A DNA stretch of 64,000 nucleotides from a bacterium (GTDB lineage Bacteria > SAR324 > NAC60-12), in NCBI GenBank assembly GCA_965209155.1, contig OZ242383.1, positions 3,968,001-4,032,000 of the forward strand, in the 5' to 3' direction. Below the pieces are notes generated by a model, which saw only the letters and a list, made by a program, of their open reading frames with translations, was not told where the DNA came from and ran no database searches. Positions within the stretch are counted from its first letter, which is position 1, and the number at the start of each line of letters is the position of its first letter. The translations under genes and the position numbers were made by a program. This document shows, piece by piece, positions 61,200 to 64,000 of this stretch.

Positions 61200-62042
61200 A
61201 TGAATGAGAAATTTGAGAATCCTCCCTTACAAGGTAGAGTGGCCTGGGTGACTGGTTCTTCCCAGGGTATCGGTCGTGCCATTTCACAAGAACTCGCCCG
61301 GCTTGGATGTCGGATTGCGCTTCATGGGATAAGCGAGGATGCTCCGGGTTATTTTGGGGTAGACTCGCCGAAAACGATGCGGCACGTCGTCGATGAGATT
61401 AAGAATACTCATGGTACTGAAACGATGTCCGTATTGGGGGATTTAACCCGGGAGGCCGAGGTCAAACGCATGGCCAACGAGATTCGTGCTGACTGGGGAC
61501 AAATCGATATACTCATATGTTGCGCCGGCGGGATCATAGGTGCGAAAGGGCTGGCTCGTGGACGCTCCGCAGTTCCGAAAATGGATGATGCTTTATTCAT
61601 TTCTTTGGAAGATTTCCATAGTGTGATTGACCGCAATTTAATGACTGCAGTGCTTTGCTCTCGGGAAGTGGCCCCTGAAATGATGAAACGCAAATGGGGG
61701 CGGATCATCACTCTTGGCAGTCAGGCGGGAACAAAGGGCCACAAAACAAGCACTGCCTATTGCGTCGCAAAAGCGGCGGTCCATATGTTCACGCGTTGTT
61801 TGGCTGACCAACTACGAGAATATAACATTTCAGTGAATTGCATTGCGCCAGGTCTTATCTCGAGTGAACGATTGATGCACAACAACCCCCATTGGAAAAA
61901 AGGTCAATCCGGCACGCTCGATCGGGTCGGCAGCGTGGAAGAAGTCGCCAGCCTGGCAGGTTTTTTGTCTTCGCCTGGAGGCGCATATATCAGTGGACAG
62001 GTTATTCAGGTCGATGGCGCCCTCAATCTTTTTGCCAGCTGA
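61200..62042 (+). CDS. Short-chain dehydrogenase/reductase
   Basis: TGSSQGIG, YCVAK, NCIAPG; AAGGAG RBS before ATG 61200. Confidence 0.9.
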   Translation: MNEKFENPPLQGRVAWVTGSSQGIGRAISQELARLGCRIALHGISEDAPGYFGVDSPKTMRHVVDEIKNTHGTETMSVLGDLTREAEVKRMANEIRADWGQIDILICCAGGIIGAKGLARGRSAVPKMDDALFISLEDFHSVIDRNLMTAVLCSREVAPEMMKRKWGRIITLGSQAGTKGHKTSTAYCVAKAAVHMFTRCLADQLREYNISVNCIAPGLISSERLMHNNPHWKKGQSGTLDRVGSVEEVASLAGFLSSPGGAYISGQVIQVDGALNLFAS

Positions 62043-62587
62043 GGATTGAATCGCTGCTGAGAATTTATACTCGATGGGGCTTGCCATCACCCTTGAAAAA
62101 TGGATTAACATTGGAAAGCTGCGGAGCTTAATAGACCCTTCCTTCAAGGTCCGCTTGCCACTTTTCAACCATGGCACCAGTTTATCGAAATCCAATTTCC
62201 ACTCCTGATGAGAAGAAATTTTCCAATGATTGGGATAACCCCTTGGCTTTGACGTAAAACCGGTGCTCCATTTTATCTTTCAATTGTTCCAGCGCTTCCA
62301 AATGAAAAGCAAAATTCTCGGCACATTCAGGGCCGTGACTCAATGAATGGATATAGTTGTGGGAATGGACCTTGGATTCCGGGTCTTCGCCGGAAGGAGA
62401 ATGCTGCGAATAGCCGGAAGGAGAAAAGCATGTACGCACTTTTGCACGATGCTACAAGAAATTTTATGGTATTCAAAAGTGCTGGTTTTGGCTAGAATGG
62501 ACGGAAAATGAAATTCAATATAATCAATCATACCAGAGTGAATAAAGAAATCCCAACTCAGCACTCTCGAGTGAGAAAGGAAAAAAC

Positions 62588-64000
62588 ATGAATGGCATAG
62601 AATATGTAGCAAAAATCTTAAAATCTGAAGGGATCGCAGCGATGACCTGTTTCCCATCTAATCCGATCATTGAAGCCGCTGCGAAAGAAGGAATCCGTGT
62701 CGTCACTTTTCGTCATGAACGTGGAGCTGTGATGGCAGCCGATGGCATCAGCCGCACCAGCGCCCGCCAACAGTTTGGGGTGGTAGCCGTCCAGTCGCAA
62801 GCGGGTGCGGAAAATTCAATGGGTGGCCTGGCTCAGGCCTATGCGGATAACATCCCGGTTTTGGTATTGCCAGGGGGAATCCCCATCAGCCAAATGGGGG
62901 TCCGGCCAAATTTTTCGGCGGTCCATAAATATCAGGGTTGGGTCAAGCAAATCGAAGCGATCTATGCACCGGAAGAGGTGGGCAATGTCATGCGGCGAGC
63001 TTTTCACGCATTGCGCAGTGGCCCTCCTGGCCCGGTGATAGTGGAATTGACTGTTGATGTTTGCAACCGGGAGGTGCCAACGGAGTCCCAGAATTACAAA
63101 CCTCCCCGACCTGCTCTGCAAACACCCGCCCCTTCTGATATACGGGATGCCGTCCAAAAGTTGCTTGCTGCCAGGAAGCCCATCATTCGTGCCGGGGGTG
63201 GAGTGTTGTTGTCGGGAGCCACCACAGAATTGGAAGAATTGGTAGAATTGACGGGAATCCCCGTGTTTTGCTCAATGCCTGGGAAATCGGCGTTTGACGA
63301 ACGTCACCCCCTCTCTTTGGGAGCCGGCAGTCGAGCTTCCACACTGGCAGGACACCAATGGCAGAAGGATTGCGATGCGTTGCTCGCCCTGGGTACCAGT
63401 TTAACACGCACTCCTTATGCCTATCCGATCCATCCCGGAAAATTTCTCATTCAAAATTCAATCAATCCGGAGGACATCAATAAGGATGAAAGCGTGGACA
63501 TCGGGCTGGTTGGCGATACGCGGTTGACAATCCTGGCTCTCATTAAAGAATTCAAAGCCCAGGGAACGGTCGCAGATTCTGCGAAAATATCCCGGGTTCG
63601 ATCAGAAATACAGACCATGAAGGAAAAATGGTTGGAACAATGGATACCCCTGCTCACCTCGGAAGAAACCCCTCTCAATTATTACCGGGTCATCCATGAG
63701 ATCGATCAAACCCTGGATTGGGAAAACAGCATCGTCACTCACGATGCCGGAGCCCCTCGGGACAGCATGATGCCCTTTTACACGGCCACTACAGCGAACA
63801 GTTATGTCGGCTGGGGAAAGACGACCCATCTTGGTTTTGGCATTCCACTCTTGATTGGCGCAAAACTGGCTCATCCAGACAAATTTTGCCTGAATTTGAT
63901 GGGCGATGGCGCCTTCGGTATGTCCGGGTTGGATCTTGAAACGGCAGTGCGTACGCAACTGCCCATCACAACGGTGCTCCTCAATAATGGCGCCATGGCG
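62588..64000 (+). CDS. Thiamine pyrophosphate-dependent enzyme (acetolactate synthase-like), 3' end outside window
   Basis: Manual translation: MNGIEYVAKILKSEG...RHERGAVMAADG...MGDGAFGM...LNNG. Confidence 0.9.
   Translation, partial: MNGIEYVAKILKSEGIAAMTCFPSNPIIEAAAKEGIRVVTFRHERGAVMAADGISRTSARQQFGVVAVQSQAGAENSMGGLAQAYADNIPVLVLPGGIPISQMGVRPNFSAVHKYQGWVKQIEAIYAPEEVGNVMRRAFHALRSGPPGPVIVELTVDVCNREVPTESQNYKPPRPALQTPAPSDIRDAVQKLLAARKPIIRAGGGVLLSGATTELEELVELTGIPVFCSMPGKSAFDERHPLSLGAGSRASTLAGHQWQKDCDALLALGTSLTRTPYAYPIHPGKFLIQNSINPEDINKDESVDIGLVGDTRLTILALIKEFKAQGTVADSAKISRVRSEIQTMKEKWLEQWIPLLTSEETPLNYYRVIHEIDQTLDWENSIVTHDAGAPRDSMMPFYTATTANSYVGWGKTTHLGFGIPLLIGAKLAHPDKFCLNLMGDGAFGMSGLDLETAVRTQLPITTVLLNNGAMA

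Noticed and set aside
62043..62439. Possible gene remnant between the SDR and the TPP enzyme
   Set aside because: Short minus-strand frames with no family I can recognise

Overview
Bacterial chromosomal window. The gene content resembles a deltaproteobacterial, possibly SAR324-like, genome; this is inference only. An AT-richer housekeeping backbone (yhbY, metG, hemN, 6S RNA/zapA, pepN, tRNA-Pro, bioB, rsmI, RSH, uppP, ihfA, gpsA, rpsD and a Moco-riboswitch-led molybdenum/tungsten cofactor cluster) alternates with GC-richer accessory blocks: a peptide-type ABC transporter, an agl-like sugar ABC operon with catabolic genes, TA modules and a 1885-aa sigma54 activator. The standout is a ~560-bp transposase-less element in four near-identical copies (15356-15917, 15924-16479, 37894-38420, 51003-51565). 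Its ends follow IS200/IS605 (HUH/Y1) rules: subterminal hairpins, insertion 3' of TAAT, right end TGAC, guide tetranucleotides TAAA and CAAG, and no target duplication. Its only cargo is a four-helix-bundle (23S-IVP/Avd-like) gene enclosed by a 42-bp inverted repeat built from length-variable hexamers. Other notable items: an IS607 MerR-domain/activator fusion with a duplicated IS end, a sigma54/IHF/UAS promoter module, a synthetase-degenerate RSH, a protease/pseudoprotease pair and an antisense C-terminally extended MoaD.
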